Shown: positions 1 to 13,890 of the stretch, piece by piece
Layout of the letters: each line of letters begins with the position of its first letter
How positions within the stretch are numbered: the stretch's first letter is position 1
From: Monocercomonoides exilis PA203
Taxonomy: Eukaryota; Protista; Preaxostyla
Assembly (NCBI GenBank): GCA_001643675.2
Contig: LSRY02000038.1
Span: forward strand, 744,001-808,000
DNA length: 64,000 bases
Reading direction: 5' to 3'
Notes under the pieces: generated by a model
Seen by the model: the letters and a program-made list of their open reading frames with translations, nothing else
Told to the model about the DNA's origin: nothing
The model's database searches: none
Program-made: the position numbers and the translations under genes

Positions 1-1
1 A

Positions 2-831
2 GTCTCGCCACTTCAGACAGACCGAGCTGCTCTTTCAAACACCTTTCATAAAGATATCTACTTCATCTACTTAATCCTCTGCACTTTCATCTACACTGCA
101 GTCACGTGGCTCGCCTATTTCATCTGCTCATCCTTCAAAACAAACACAGAGCATACAGACACATCCTGGTCGAAGGCCAAGAACACACGATACATCATGA
201 CCGGCCTCAAAATAGACTCTCTGCCTTCGATTACATACTGTGCCAGCTTTCTGTTGCCTTGTTATCAATTTCCATTGTGAGAAGCAATTTTTGATAACAA
301 GAAAATTAGTTGTATTCAAAATTACCAGTCCATTGGAGATGGGAAAATATTTAAAGGGAAAACAAATGGTTTGACCTTTTTATTAAATTCATTTTCCTTT
401 AAAGGTGATCTTTCAATGAATACAGTTTTGTTGTGTACAGGAATTCCGGAGAGAGAGAAGCCTTATTATCCTTTCCAATAAAGCCGGGAGTTTTGTAATT
501 TCACTTGTTTGCATTGCATTCAAAGATGACATTCGTGACTTCTGCCATCTGCTTTGCAAGCTGCATCATTGATCAACTCATCTTTCTTCGCAGTCATCAT
601 CATTTCCAAAATTGTCTGATGGAAACAGCCATTGAAAGATTTTATGACAAGGCTCGCAATTTTGATGAAGTGGCAGAATTTTATGAAGTGTTAAAGGACA
701 AAAGAAATTTAAAAGAATTTGAGTTGGAGTTGGAGTTGGAGTGCTTCACGAAGGAGAAGAGGAATGAGGGAGATGCAGTACAGAACAAGAAAACAAGGAA
801 AAATCGTTGTGAACAAGAAAAATGGCTTTGA
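2..831 (+). other. Possible 3' part (or decayed remnant) of a membrane-protein gene running in from the window edge
   Basis: The frame starting at position 2 is open to about 280 and has a hydrophobic segment (IYFIYLILCTFIYTAVTWLAYFIC). ORF 505-831 has another hydrophobic stretch followed by a charged tail. Exon structure not resolved. Confidence 0.3.
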
Positions 832-1748
832 GGAAAAAGAAAGTGGAGAAAAGGAAAAAGAGAAGAATGCGGAAGAATCTAACAATTTTGGGGTGAGAAT
901 AATGCTTATGAAAAAAGAGAGAGACAAAGAGAGAGAAGAGGAAGCAGATGCGAGGAAAGAAGAACATGACAGGAAGAAAACAGACTGATTCTGTTGAAAA
1001 TAAAAGATCTATAAAAAGGTGAAGATTTCACAAAGCCCAAATATATAAAAGCCAAGATAAATACAGGAAAACATAGCAATATTTTAAGAGTCTTTTTGCG
1101 CAAAATCGAGCACATATATAATGAAGAAAACGCAGAAGAAGAAAATGAAGAAGAAGAAGAAGGTTAAAAAAGGAAATAAGGTGTAAAAACGAATAAAGGT
1201 AATAAAACCATTATCTAAAAACTCAAATGCAGGTGGAAAAAAACGATTATTCTCTTCGTCCTCGCTCAACAAAAAGTCGTCACGCTTCTAAAATAAACGA
1301 GCTATTGACAAATCTTGTTTAAGAAGATTCTACAGGGTGTTTGTTGAATTTCCTTTACCAATCCAAAAAAGGTAAACCCTTTCGCAATGATATTGAAACT
1401 ATCTTTAATAGTCTGTATTCAATTATATTGCAACTTTTTTCAATCTGTTCCATTGGCTTATTTTTTCTTTTTATTTTTTTGTGATTCTTTTTTGAAATAG
1501 TGAAAACATTGAGTGTCTTGAAAAATTTAACGCTGTTATACGAATCTTCAAATGCTAATTCAAGCCAACGTTTTACATACAGTTTCTACAGATTTTTCCC
1601 TCCAGGAGTTGTTAAACTCCGGATGGAAAATCGCTCATTCAGAATACTATTACTCCCGCGAAAAACCTGGTAATAGAAACATCGAAAAACAGTCAGAGAT
1701 TTCAGAAATAAATTCCAAAAAAGGTTTGATTTTCTTATGTGAAATGTA

Positions 1749-3775
1749 GGGTCATATTTTTATTAGTACCCATTTTTTTATTAGTACCAAAATTTTTTGA
1801 AATGAAAAAATCTAAAAAAAATTCAAAAAAAAAATACAAAACTCGAATCTAATTTGCGAATGACTTTTCTTTTTCCCTTTCCTCGCTCAATTTCATCGGA
1901 TGATTCTTTCTCGATATCGTTTTCATCTTGAAGTATTTTGAACTTTCTTTTCAGCTTTTTTGTGAAATTCATTGTTTCTTCATTTTCTTCATCAGAAATG
2001 TTTTCTTTTTCATTTTCCATTTCAATTTTCTTTTTCAAATAATCTTCCCACTCATTAAGGAACTTTTCTTCAGTTATTTCTTTTCCGTAGAAGTCAAATC
2101 GATTTATATGAAAAGGAAGAGGATAAGTCGATGATTGAGGAAGCTTCATCAGAACTGGCCCAGACGAGTCTTTCAGCACACCGCTGCATTTGATTGCTCT
2201 CTTTATGACTGAAGGTGATAGTGCCAAATGAATTGCTTGCTGTAGAGCTTCTGCCAGAGTTATTCTCTTTGCAGTTGAAGATGTAGATGAAGGGGCTTCA
2301 AACTGAGAACTCATCTCAGACTTTAGAACAGCAAATACACCTCTGTCCAGTGGCTGGGTGATGTGTGTGCTGTGAGGGACGAACGTCACAACATCCACAT
2401 TTTCTTTTTTGAACTCCCGCCAGATTGTTGGATCTGCATGAGAAACGTGGAAGTCGATTAGTAGCAAGCAGTGTGATTCGTCGAGTGACATGCGTTGTCT
2501 TCTTTCTTTGATTGACGGGAGAAGAATTGTCAGTACATATTTTCTGAATGTCGAAGATTCCATCCATCCGCATCTGTTCGGCCATATCTCAAGATTTGAA
2601 GATTGAAGAGGCTTCAAATCATCTGGGAGTTTAAGACTTGGCCATTGAATCACTGAAGGAAGTGATTGGCCATCAGCTGCCACTGCCGCAATCAAAGTAG
2701 AATTCGCCATTCGTGCCGCAGATTTAGCGAAACTGGGTTTAACGTTTGTTGGATGCACAACATTCCGATTGGAGCTGTCCGGGATCCTTAGTGATGACTC
2801 ATCCACGTTGAAGATGAAGGCATTGCTGGAACTATTTTTCTGATGCATTCCATTCAGCATATCATATCAGGGCTTCAGTACTTGTTGGCATGATACGGCA
2901 AGCCTGTTTGTGTCAACAATTTTCGGCTTTGAAGTCTTCAGTTCGGGATGTCTTTTGATGAAGTCGTAGGCAACGGAAGCAGATACTTTTTCATCTGGTG
3001 TGTTTTCTGGTTTTAAATCTTTCACTGCATTTTTAATCTGATTAATATTTATTATCACATTTCAAAGAATATTAATACAAACCAGTTCACACATTTTCTC
3101 GATAGTTAGGCTGGCTCCAGATAGCGATTCAATATTTATTTCATCCAGCACTGTTTGCTCTTTCTCTCCAATGACCACAGCTGGCCTTCCTATTTTAGAA
3201 ACCAATCTGCCTTGCCGAACAGCCTTCACTGCACACTTGATTCGAATTTTGCTAAATTTTTTGCTGTTGTATGCATCCACCATACGCACAGCTCCATCAT
3301 TCACAATATGTGCCATTCGCTCCAGTGGATTCCGATATTGTCTGTATTTGAATGATAGCATCGCCTCCCGCAGCTCCAGCTGACCCGCAGTAGATTTTCT
3401 AGCAACTTCCTTTTTCATTGTTGTTTTTTTGGGTTATGATCATAATGCCAATTTATTTATTTAATTATTATTAATTTCCATATTCATTGAAATTTTATTT
3501 TTTGTACATTAAATGCATATTTGATAGTATTTAATACATTTGACTCAACCTGTAACTGATAGAATTTCAACGGGAGGCTTTTAATCCCCCCATTTCCCCA
3601 CCTCCACTTACATAAGAAATAGGTTATGCATATAAGTGTAATTATTCAATTGTTAATAATTTTCTTAAAAATCAAAAAAACTCTTAATTTATCGAAATGT
3701 GGATGGCTAAATAATTGAATTTAAAAAAAAAACAGGTACTAATAAAAAAAATAGAATCTCATAAAAATATGACCC
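1749..3775 (-). mobile_element. pogo/Tc1-mariner-like DNA transposon with TIRs and TA target duplication
   Basis: Left end GGGTCATATTTTTAT at 1749 is the reverse complement of ATAAAAATATGACCC ending at 3775. TA flanks at 1747-1748 and 3776-3777. Subterminal TTATTAGTACC/GGTACTAATAA motifs. Internal DDE transposase. Confidence 0.9.
1823..3418 (-). pseudogene. pogo-like DDE_1 transposase with one intron (3082-3038) and one in-frame TGA (2869-2867)
   Basis: Motifs FNVDESS, LLLIDFHVSH and PHSTHITQPLDRGVF. Splicing the 45-nt GTTTGT...TAATCAG intron fuses ORFs 3062-3418 and 2867-3058 in frame. ORF 1823-2860 continues in the same frame after LKP*YD. Confidence 0.88.
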
Positions 3776-6642
3776 TACACCTCTTTTTCTATTTTCTGTT
3801 AAATATATAAAAATAGGAAATAAATCATTAAATAAACAAAAACAATACAACTTCAAACTGCGTAACAGATTATAAGGCTCAAAGTCACCATAGCCATTTC
3901 CACTTCCTTTTGTGCACTTTCATTTTCCTCCTTGTTCAATGCAGCTTTTAGAAGGCAAGGAACACTAATTGAAAGCAATTCCAAAGAAAATCGGTTGTGA
4001 AGCAAAAATCAGCATTCACACAGATCAACAAGAAGCTTTTCATTCTTTTCTTTTTTTTGTTTTTAATTTTTCAAAAATGAAAGTTTATTAATCTTTTCCT
4101 CAAAGTTTCAGTTGTAAAATAGAAGCCCTTTTTCATTAATGCGAAATTACATCCAAATTTCTTAAAATTCTTGAAGTGCTGTATAGAAAAATTGGCAAAA
4201 ATATTGTTTATACAATTCCACAAAGCAATAAAGGATAAGAAATTAACAATGAGTTAATTTTCAAACATAAAATGCACATTTGGATAATGTACGTTTGGTT
4301 TTATTTTGAGAATATTTTTTTTTTGGAAGTCTGAATATTTTTAACCACTTCAACTATTGTGATAAAAAAATACTATTCTTAATTGAAGATCATTTCTTTT
4401 TTTTTTTTCTTTTCGCTATAAACGTTCGCCATATGACAGGTGGACAAAAGTATTGTTGCATTGATTTTAATTTTCATTTTTTGTATTGTTTTAAGTCGCT
4501 TTGGTAAATTATTTGAAAAAAAAACATCCTCTTTTAATTCTTCAATCCATTTAACGCATAGCGATGAATTCTTTTTGCAAAAAGTTGAATTTTTGTAACA
4601 CAACTCCGCAGCATGTCCTTATTCATATCCACTCAAACAATATCTTTGAGCCTTTTATCTAAGCCTCGTTGATGACAATAGCTGTTAGCATCGCTCAATG
4701 ACCTTAAATAAATGTGTCATCGTTTTTGAAATAGAAGCGAAAGAGCTGAACAGTGAAGATAGGAAAAATTGCTTTAAAGTCTGAGGTAACGGAGAAGGCG
4801 AGGTAAGTTTTGGATAATATAATTTGTGTTGTTCCTCTTTATTTTCTGTTTCCTCGCAATTCTCTTAATTATCTAAATTATTCAATGCATCTCTGGTCGC
4901 TCAATGAGATAGCGCAATCAAACGATGAATTCTGTGCGTACATGTACAAATCATATAAATCATATCAAATATATGAGTTATCTCGGTTATCTCACTTATC
5001 TCAGTTATTTCAGTGTATTAGGCATTAAAACTTCAATTTTTGCATCTTTTAGTGAAAGTTAATAAATAAAACAGTTCCTCTTCGCTTCTAAAAGTTCAGG
5101 CGCTGCTTTTCTATTATGTTTCAATCAAGAAAGCTCCGACTCTCCTTCTCCTCTCTTTCTCTGCAGTTCTATGCAGGCTTCGCTCTTCTTCAATCACACA
5201 TATCGAATGCTGCAGAAGAAAAATCGCATCCCATGGTTCGTTGGCAGCCTGGCTCAGAGGTATTCATTGAAGCCAGGATAGGAAAATGCTCCTGACACCC
5301 CACAGCAGCAGGATTCATGATGTGTATCTTCTCTTTCGCTTCCCGCTGCTCTCCCCAGCCTGCACCACCATCGTTGATCACATTAATGTCCAAGTCTGTT
5401 TCACCGAGAATTTTTCGCAAAGGAATTGAAATATATCTTCCTTCATAGCTTTTTCTTCCATAGGACTCCGTTTTCCTCTTGGAAACAATAGATATAGCCA
5501 GTAAAGGTGAATGCTTTAGACACGATTCAAACACGTTCGCATGTGTCCCTGGTCCAGCTCTGCTTAAGGTCTTTGCATTTCCTGCTTTCCGTAACTTCAT
5601 TGTGTAATGCCTCATTCTCTCGCGTGAAAGCGTGATGAATCGATTTAATTTGCATACAGGCTCATGCTATCTTTTTCTGATAAAGGTCTCGCTTTCGACC
5701 TGTGCCTCAAAATTTGTGTGTTTCCTTTCTCCTGAGCATCTTAATGTCAATGATTTGTTGGTGTTGGCTATTTTCTGTTAACCTCGGCTCATTTCTTCAT
5801 TCGGATTCTCTTGCCGCTCCACTAAATTCTTATAATCCTTACATTGCTATTTGAAATTACCAAAAGTTGTTTGTGGTTGTAAGATTTCTAGAAATAATAA
5901 AAATGCTTGATTGAAGAAGAGCTTTCATGCGAATAAGTGTATCAATTTCCCCATTTCTCGGAGTTACTGTAAACGTTTCATTCAACACTTTTGCAAGAAG
6001 TAGTTCTGAAACATTATGCTGGAAGCGCTCTTTATGGCTTCTTTTTATTCTGTTGTTAAAACTTTTTTATAACTTAAGATAAAGATTATTTGTTCAATAT
6101 GTCAAATAAAAAACTATTCAAAAAGCTAAACTTCAATTGTTTTATCATTTTGCGTTTGCGGTACGCGGTTATGTTCAGCAAAGGCAGAAAATCGGAGAAA
6201 ACCGCAAATTAATAAATATCTACCCGAGAAATATTAAAAATCATTCACCGAATTAAACCCATTCATAACATATAAACGAAAGAAAGAAAATGAATAGCAT
6301 CTTCTTTGATTATCAACAAACTATATTTCTGTCAAAGTTATCATTTTATGTCTTTCATTGATTTCGGAGAATTTTTTTATTAACGAGAAATAATTGTGGT
6401 TCACCATTCAGTTGATCAATTCTCAACATTCCACTGACTGACAAAATAAGACAAACATTAATCGTTCTATAATATTTAAGTAATTTATAACACATTGGAT
6501 ATGGATGTTTATTGCTGTTCGATTAATAAATTGTTTGAAACAACAATTGTATTTTATCAATTATAAGATATATAATTATGGTAATTGATCGTCGGAAAAA
6601 CTGTTTTTACACTAATTATTGTTTGAGAAGGAGATATTAAAA

Positions 6643-9600
6643 ATGACAAATGAGGAGAGCATGTCGATGTGTTCAACGTCAAGTGGAGTGATGGCAGAAT
6701 ATTCCCAAGCGGAAGGCTTCAATAAACTCGAAACAGTTGGTTTTTCGTTGTTTTTTCCTCTTTATACCCAGCCGAAGCATCCGAACGTGAAATGGGAAAT
6801 TTTCGTATGGGCAGGTACAATGTTGCAAATGATTACACTTAGTTTCTTTCGAATCGACACCTCAACGCAAGATGTTAATAAAGTTTCACAGGTTTACAAG
6901 TTTTGTCTTTTAATTATTGAATTATCACTAAAAATGCTTTTTATATGTTTTTTAAATGCCACTCATATTTTTTTTAAAATGGAATTTGCTTGACGCAAAC
7001 TTCACCAGTACTTATGTTATCTTGATGGATCATCTCTTGGATATCTTGCTGGGAAATCAATTTCGTTTGTGTTAATGGGATGCGCAGCATATTTTGTATT
7101 ACTCGTAGTGTATTTGGTATCTGTAGCCATTTTTCAAGGCGTTATTTCTGGTTCCCAGCCGTGGGTAATTTCACTGCTGCGTTGGATCGTGAATGTTACA
7201 TATAAGATCTTATTTATCCCATTTACTTCGATATGCATTACAGCTTTTGATTGCTATAAATCAGGAGGACAAATGATTCATCGGGGATTTGAAGGTGGTT
7301 GCTTCGGCGATTTGTTGTCGATTTTAGGATTTATTATATCAATAGTTGTGCTAAGTTTTCTGTTGATATCTTCATTTTTGATAAACAACATGATATACAA
7401 CCACAATTCGAAGCACGGAGGGTTATGGTCATCGCCAAGTGGGCTATGGCAAGCGGTGGACTCATCTCTTGTGTTTGGGTGTGTGTTTGCGATGCGAACA
7501 CTGATTGAATGGCCTTTCTGGCGAGGAGTGGTTACAGTTGGAACTTCACTGGCGATGGTGGTGTATTTTGTGTATATTCAGCCGATGTACAAACTGAATG
7601 GAAATCTGCTGATGGCGAGCAAATGGTGCATGTTTGGATGTTTGAGACTTATTGACGAAATTCTGTATGCAATTGAAGGAGCAACAGGCAACTGGATTAT
7701 TACTATTGTGCTTCAAGTTGTTGGGCTAATAGCTGGAATTATTGCGTGCTGCGTGCTAATACCCAAGATTGGCCGAACGATCAGAGAAAAAAAGTATCTT
7801 GCAATAGCCTTTGAAAATCACCTATCTGACATATTCAACAAAAGCCAGCCTTTGGCTCTTCCTGAGATGATAAATCCCGAAATGGTTGAACCGTCACTGC
7901 GTTTTTTGCAGAAGAGTGAATATCACACAACTATTCATCTAACATTTGCTGATTATGTATACACGCACGCACTGAAGACGAACATGAACAATTGCATGCT
8001 GTGCTTCCAATATGCTTCATTTTTATCAGCGTATCGTAAAAACTACATAAAGGCCAATACTCTAATCCAAAAAGCACGAACACTGTCTCCAAATCTGTTC
8101 CTGAACTTTGTGTTGTTTTGTGAAGCAAAAGAGAACGGCGGGAGAACAAACGGAGATGGCAGAACCGGGGCAGGCAATATGAATTCGTTTGCCTTTACAT
8201 CTCTTCTGGCTAAAGCAGAGAAGCATCACGAGCAGGCTGTGAGTGCAATGAAGGACTTTTTCGAGAATATGACTGCAATCCAGCCGGATTACAAGATGAT
8301 TCCAGTTTTTCTGAATTCAATTGTAAAGAACGAAGAGATTGCCCGAAAGAGCTACGAAGAGCTGATTGCATCACACGGACAGAATTCCGAGGTGCTGCGG
8401 AGATATGCGCGTCTTCTGCTGGACATATACGATGACGAAGACGAGGCAGAGATGATTCTGAATCGAGCTGATCTGATGGAAGAGGAGGCATTTGGAACGG
8501 GCAAATCAATGACACACGCACTCGCAATGGGGCTACTTGATGCTTCGTTTGGGAAGGGTGGGGAATACGAAGCTGATGATCAGAAAGGCGACGGAAATGG
8601 AAACGGGAAAATGAGCATAAGAGACGATGACAACAATGAGCATGAATCTAATTTTGTTCGTTCAGTTGGACAAGGTAACTTTGAAGTGACTGCTGGGAGT
8701 GTTTATGAGGGCGCAAATACCGATAAAGGAGCTGATAGCAAAGATGGAATGGATCCTTCTTCTTGTGATGCACAGCATTTAGATGGAGACCAAGAGTCTC
8801 TGGCAAGAAGCGAGAAACAGTGGAATCATTCATCTATTGAAGTCAGAAGGCATCACATGCCGAAGAAGAAGAAGAAGAAGAAGAAAGATGCAGCGATTGT
8901 AGATCTTATGATGGGAGTACGCGGCGAAAACGGAAATCGTGAAAGCAACATTACTTTGTTGAAATTCACAGTCATTGCTTTCCATTTTGTAGATATTATT
9001 GCACTTATTGTTGCGCTTGTGGTTTATGTGATAATGACAGATTCTTATCAGAATAATCTGGATATTCTGAGGAACGTGTGCGACTTGTCGTACCACACAG
9101 CCCGCTCAGCGATGATCGGATACAACTTCTTTGTATATGACCAAAGGTACAACTTCACCGATCCGCCGAGTTTTGACGGTTGGCCATCTGGAATGATTCA
9201 GAAGAAGGACCTACTGAAGATGCTTGAGGAAACATCGGACAATTTGGCTACAATGCTTGGCAACATACATCAATCGACTTCAAACATGGAGATATGGGAG
9301 ACAGCTGACATAAGCACGTATTATTTCATAATCACGACAAATAACGAAACTCGGTCAGACGGAAGCGTGGAGGAAGTGTTAGACACCAAAAGCCAGATAC
9401 TGCACTCAACGTCGATGTTGGAGGTTCTTGCGACGATTTCACAAATGACTCACCATCTTTTACAATCAAATATTTCTTGCCGTCCTGAAGATCCTGATTA
9501 TTTGTCAAACATACAATATTTAGTGTTTAATTGCCCCGTGCCTATATTAGATGGTGCAAAAAGAGTTATCATTTACTATTTCGGACTTATGAACACAGAA

Positions 9601-12063
9601 TGCACTCAAATAATTACTGCATTTTCTATCATAATTGCTGTTTGTCTTCCACCTCTAACCATTGCTCTGTTTGCGCTCTTTATCATATTTACCAAAAAGA
9701 CTGTAAGGAATCGAATGAGGGCATATCAAACGTTGCTGGATGTCCCAAAGAACAAGATGCAAAGTGTTATACGCAGACTTTTGAGAGACGAAGAGGAAGT
9801 TGAAGACTTTACTATTAACATTGGTGCGGGCGATAATCAGGAAACGAAGCAGTACGACAACAACTGCGATAACAAAGGAGAATTCTTGGAGGATCCCGGT
9901 GCGTCGGCTTCGCACGAAGGAGCAGATGAAGGAGACCGTTACGACTTTTCAAAGAAAAACGGGAATAATTCTATTCAGACTTCTCATCTTAGCGGTTCGA
10001 GTCTGACTGATATCAACGTAAATTCAATGTCAACACAACAACTATCGATGAAATCGCAAGATGATATTTCGCCAATAAATACAAGCGCGATAGAAAGTGC
10101 ATATCAGGAGCTTGGAACAGCAAAAAATTCTGAAGATTTCGGAATGGCCGAAACAAAAGCAATCACGAATTCAAATTCATCACTGTTATCGTTTAATCCT
10201 TTGATGGGAGGAAACTCGTTATCTATGATTCAAATGAGCAAGTCACTTTCCATAAATCATGAAGATGATTCTACCAACATTGCTCACTCACCATTCCTTT
10301 TTCCTACTCTCTCTCCCGTGAATGGGAATCTGTTAAATTCAAAAATAACGTCCACGGGTTCAATCCCTCTCCAGCATTCTGGGTCAGAATTCGAATCAGG
10401 CACTGTTTTAGAAGCGATGCAAGTTACGCCTCGTCTTACAACTCCAAATATGTTCCTTTCGAAAAAAGCATTGTCGCCAAGCCATAACTTCTTTCCGCAG
10501 ATGGAGATGCTGCCTCTGACTCCTATTGGAAAAGCGCTCTCAATAAAAACTGATAAAAGCACATTGGATTGCAATGAACCAGTTATGCCGACACAACAGA
10601 CACAGCAAAATGGTGTCGATGATATTAAATACAATTATGATGATGATGATTCAGACGAGGCAGCTAAAAACAAGCAGATGGGATTGGTCAGAAATGAAAT
10701 AGAGGATGCAGCTTGGGAAGAACAAATGGAAAAGGAAATAGAAAAGCATGAAGCAGTATACAAGCAGTTACCAAGTCCTGTTACTACAAAAATCAAAGTT
10801 ACAATAATTCTGTCAGCAGTTCTTGGTGTTGTTGCAACAGCTACTACAATTGTTTTGGTGTGTGTCTATGTTAGTAAATTCAAGCCAATCTCCGCCAATA
10901 TCATCTTATCTGGAATGCGTGCTTCGATTCTTTTCCAGATCCAGTTTCTGCTCACATCTGTTCTCCAGCCACTTCCGCTGCTGAGTACAAACCAGTCAAT
11001 CGTCTTTCCGAGATCGTATAATCCAGTTTTGCACAACTCTTCCCATTGCTCAGGCTCTCAAACCAGTGCGCGCGACATGCTGGTTCCGATGTCAAATTAC
11101 TTCGAAGCTGTGCATCTTGATGTCCAATTTGGGGATTCTCTTTATACGAATGCAAACGATTACACATATGATACAATTTCTGTTGAGCGCATGTCAACTG
11201 AGTTTAATCGTGAGATTTTGCTGCGAAAGGCAGATTGTTATCTTGCAGATACTGAAGATTGTTCGCAGGTTGAGCCAAACCGAATGTATGGAATAAGTGG
11301 ACCACTTTATGGGCTTCAGTCGCTTTTGGCACGGATGAGGATAAATCTGCAGAGGATTTCAAAGATGGATATTTCAGAAATAAATTTTACCAATCCCGAA
11401 GCACGCTTTATTTTGAATGCTCTCAGGAATGATATTGTTGGAGGAATAAACAAAATGACAAACATGATTTTGACCTCAGGAAAGGAAGAGGTCCAGGAAT
11501 CTGTCACTATTCTGGTTGCTGTTATTGCAATATTTTGCCTTCTGTTTCTTATTTCGATGTTTGCCAATGGGCTTATATGGGTTGGGCAAATCGCGTTTAT
11601 CGACAATGTGTCTGGGAAATTGCGTAAACTTCTACCAATCAAAGAAGGTGAAAAAGAGATTGAAATGATGACATCGATGGCGACAGGACAAGATTCATTT
11701 GACAAAGGAAGAGAAGCAATTCTCGATGCCGCGCAGCAATTGCTAACATCTGTTAATCAGAACGAACATGTTGACACTATCACAGCTACGTTTTATCAGC
11801 TTTCATCAACTGCGTTTGCTGTGTTTACAGGAGAGGAAAGAGAAATGGTTGCGAAGAATTATACTGGAATTGAAAAGCACAAGAAAGAACATTTGTTGTT
11901 GAGGCAGAGGCTAACGTTGATTGGAGATCAGCTTCGTTCAAAGAGCGATGCAGTGAAAGCTGTCGGAAAGAGAAAGCTAATTTCACTGTTTGATGTTCAC
12001 TTTACTGACGAAGATATCACCTTTGCAGACGCTGTTTATGGATTGGGCTCTGACAATCAATAA
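6643..12063 (+). CDS. TmcB/TmcC-like multipass membrane protein with TPR-like region and C-terminal hemerythrin-like domain; intron 6892-7008
   Basis: Exon 1 (6643-6891, 83 codons) joins exon 2 at 7009 in frame through a GT...CAG intron. About 8-9 N-terminal TM segments, then a helical region (QYASFLSAYRKNY...RYARLLLDIYDDEDEA) typical of Tmc (tiny macrocysts) family proteins, two further TM-flanked luminal modules, and a C-terminal EE-x2-M...Y...H-x3-H...H-x4-D motif. Confidence 0.85.
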
Positions 12064-12195
12064 TTGTGAGGTACATAAGAACAAAGGAAGACTATTTGTC
12101 ATTTGAATTAGAGGGGTTTTTTATCATTTTAAATGTTTTCTTCTCAAGGATTTTTCATGAAAAACGTTGCATTGCCAATTTTTCTTTGTTTTTTT

Positions 12196-12226
<31 letters not shown>

Positions 12227-13890
12227 TTTTTTTTTTTTTTTTTACATTAATTTGACTGCAGAAATTCTGTTTTTATTTTTAATTTTATTTATATTAGTTG
12301 AAAGTTTGTTTTTAATTTGAATAATATATGTTTCATTTCTTTCATCTGTGGAATCACAATTGCTTTCAGTGTATTGTAAATCTCCATTTATTATTGCAGT
12401 TTTTGTTTGTTTAAGTTCGAGATGTTTCAAATTATTGAATTGGAATATTGTTGTTTATTTCTCTCATAAATTTCATTTGCTCTTTATTTTCAAAGTTATT
12501 ATTTCAAGTGTCTCTTGGGAAATGAAAATGATTGGCTCAAAAAAACACAAAGTTTATTTTTGTATTTGTGTTTGGTTTCTAAAGGATTTCATTCTTCCCA
12601 GGCATATTACCTTTTCTTTTCGATGTTTTTCTTTGATTGAACAGAAGTATAAAAGTCATATTTCTTTTCACAATTGTACTCCACTTTTCGATGAATTATT
12701 ATATTTGAATGATTTTTGGTTGTTGTTATGTGAATTATTGTTATGTAATCATTCACTTTATTAGACTTCTTGGTTATTGTCGATTAGATCGACGCCCAAA
12801 AAAATCGATGTCAAGAAAATTTTAATATCAAATGATATTTTTTATTAATAGATGATATATTGCAATTTTTTGAAGTCTTTTTTTTCGTTTTTCGTATTTT
12901 GTTTTGTGATTTTTGTTTTGTTTTGTTTTCAAAATTTAAAGAATAAATCACAATAAAGGGGACAATGATCATTTTTCAAATATTACAATTGCTTAATGGA
13001 GAAAAAGTTAGAGATATCAACCAATTTTTCATGTTTCGCATCGAAGAAACATGTTGAGATTGATTTAATAGAAAATTACGGACAACAAAAAAATGGAAAC
13101 AGATAAATGAAGACCAGTTATGAATTTAGTCAGTTGAAAATATAAATATTGGTGATGTGATCGAATTTTGTAATGATGAATTTGAAGAATCAGACAACGA
13201 AAATGATTCATATTTGACTTTAATGATAGAAATCCCAAAAGAAAAATTCTCAGAAAGAAAACATTTAAGACAGAAGATAATGAATACATCAAAAAACATT
13301 TTTTTTATGATCTTTTTCCCGCTTCAAAAGTAACATGTATCGGCTCAACAAAAGAAATACATATTTATAATTATGAATATGTTATTATAATTAAATAGGA
13401 AGTTAAAAATCTGAAGATTCTTTGGTGTATATCTAATCGAGTGTTGCCAACTTCTTATTGTTAGCCAAAGCTTTATTTACTTTTGGTATTTCCCTACGAG
13501 GAAAAGTAAGCAGATCATGATAAATCCAGAAGTTGATCTTTTTTGAGAAGCTTTAATAGTTGGAGAAAACAAATAATATGATAGATATAGATGTTTTCAT
13601 AGAAAAAATTTCAAATTTATTGGGTTTTTAATCCATTAACTTCAATAATAGCAGAATAAACCTATCTATTGTTGAAAGAACAACTGGAATGTCCAAAAAA
13701 AAGTGAAGAAAATATTTTTTGTTTTATGAAATTGCAATTACAAACAACACAAACTGGATTTTTTTATTTTAACTGCAGAAAATAAACTTTATTAATTTAT
13801 TTGTTTGTTATAAGATCAATTTAGTTTTTGATTGAATATATAATTATGGATGCTTCAAAATAAATACATTCAAATTTTCTTTACAGGCTG

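Noticed and set aside
5190-5615. ORF with faint resemblance to ribosomal protein uS9 (GRK...PL...DINV..GG)
   Set aside because: Motif spacing is too short and the conserved C-terminus is absent; cannot be supported without a search.
12066-13300. Short Phe/Ile-rich ORFs in AT-rich intergenic DNA (also 40416-41134, 53312-54278, 57096-58069)
   Set aside because: Composition expected by chance in AT-rich DNA, often with non-ATG starts and no motifs.
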